Below, one piece after another: positions 63,867 through 64,000 of a stretch of 64,000 nucleotides of DNA. The stretch's first letter is position 1; every line of letters begins with the position of its first letter. The notes beneath the pieces were generated by a model, which saw nothing but the letters and a program-made list of their open reading frames with translations, searched no databases and had not been told where the DNA came from. The translations under genes and the position numbers were made by a program. This DNA is from Schizochytrium sp. TIO01 (lineage: Eukaryota; Protista; Bigyra: Labyrinthulomycetes): the NCBI GenBank assembly GCA_004764695.1, contig SMSO01000036.1:434001-498000 (forward strand). Direction: 5' to 3'.

Positions 63867-64000
63867 ATACCCCCCCCAAACACCGGATGGCACCCGATCT
63901 ATAAGAACCGATGGCAACCGTTACTACCCGTTCAACCAACCAATCCCAACCGTCTCCACCTGTTGAACCAACAGATGCCAACTAGCAACAACCGTACCCA

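Larger units (their letters stand above)
31610..64000. mobile_element. Endogenous large DNA virus region (mirusvirus- or Nucleocytoviricota-like), continuing to or beyond the window end
   Basis: Abrupt switch to AT-richer, intronless, tightly packed ORFs. Co-occurrence of divergent TBP, TFIIB, A22-like resolvase, heliorhodopsin, DEDDh exonucleases, a virus-type Cys protease and a virus-type endonuclease. The left boundary is approximate. Confidence 0.85.

Noticed and set aside
1-64000. rRNA, tRNA, capsid, DNA polymerase or integrase/transposase genes
   Set aside because: None recognised by eye. A covariance-model or HMM scan could still find divergent ones among the hypothetical ORFs.
31672-64000. 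Bacterial contamination or prophage
   Set aside because: TBP, TFIIB, glycoprotein-like membrane proteins and AATAAA-like 3' signals, with no bacterial operon or ribosome-binding-site pattern, point to a eukaryotic virus.

Overview
The window has two parts. About 1-31.6 kb is eukaryotic host DNA: long, apparently intron-poor genes with microsatellite-rich spacers, in a style suggesting a stramenopile/thraustochytrid-like protist (inference). It encodes a longin-type protein (partial), a KCTD-type BTB protein, a three-repeat Myb factor, an EEP hydrolase, an ExoIII/APE endonuclease, a SHOC1/Zip2-like protein, histidyl-tRNA synthetase and an unusual PDZ-like + SP-RING + FANCJ/RTEL1-type helicase. 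From about 31.6 kb to the end, the DNA becomes visibly AT-richer, tightly packed and intronless. It carries a large-DNA-virus gene set: TBP next to TFIIB, two DEDDh exonucleases, a RuvC/A22-type Holliday junction resolvase, a heliorhodopsin, a Cys-rich PD-(D/E)xK endonuclease, a giant protein with a virus-type cysteine protease domain, pseudokinases and an M11-like surface metalloprotease. I read this as an integrated (or co-assembled) large DNA virus, mirusvirus-like or Nucleocytoviricota-like; no capsid, terminase or polymerase gene is in the window, so the lineage is not proven. Inside it are two copies of a roughly 3 kb cassette. Each has a repeat-built, near-identical leader driving a coiled-coil + restriction-endonuclease-fold + kinase gene (Crinkler-effector-like) with mosaic divergence. 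A decayed P-loop NTPase sits head-to-head with the second copy. The window ends in a 219-bp tandem duplication containing hairpins and telomere-like TTAGG motifs. All family calls come from recognising motifs by eye; no searches were run.
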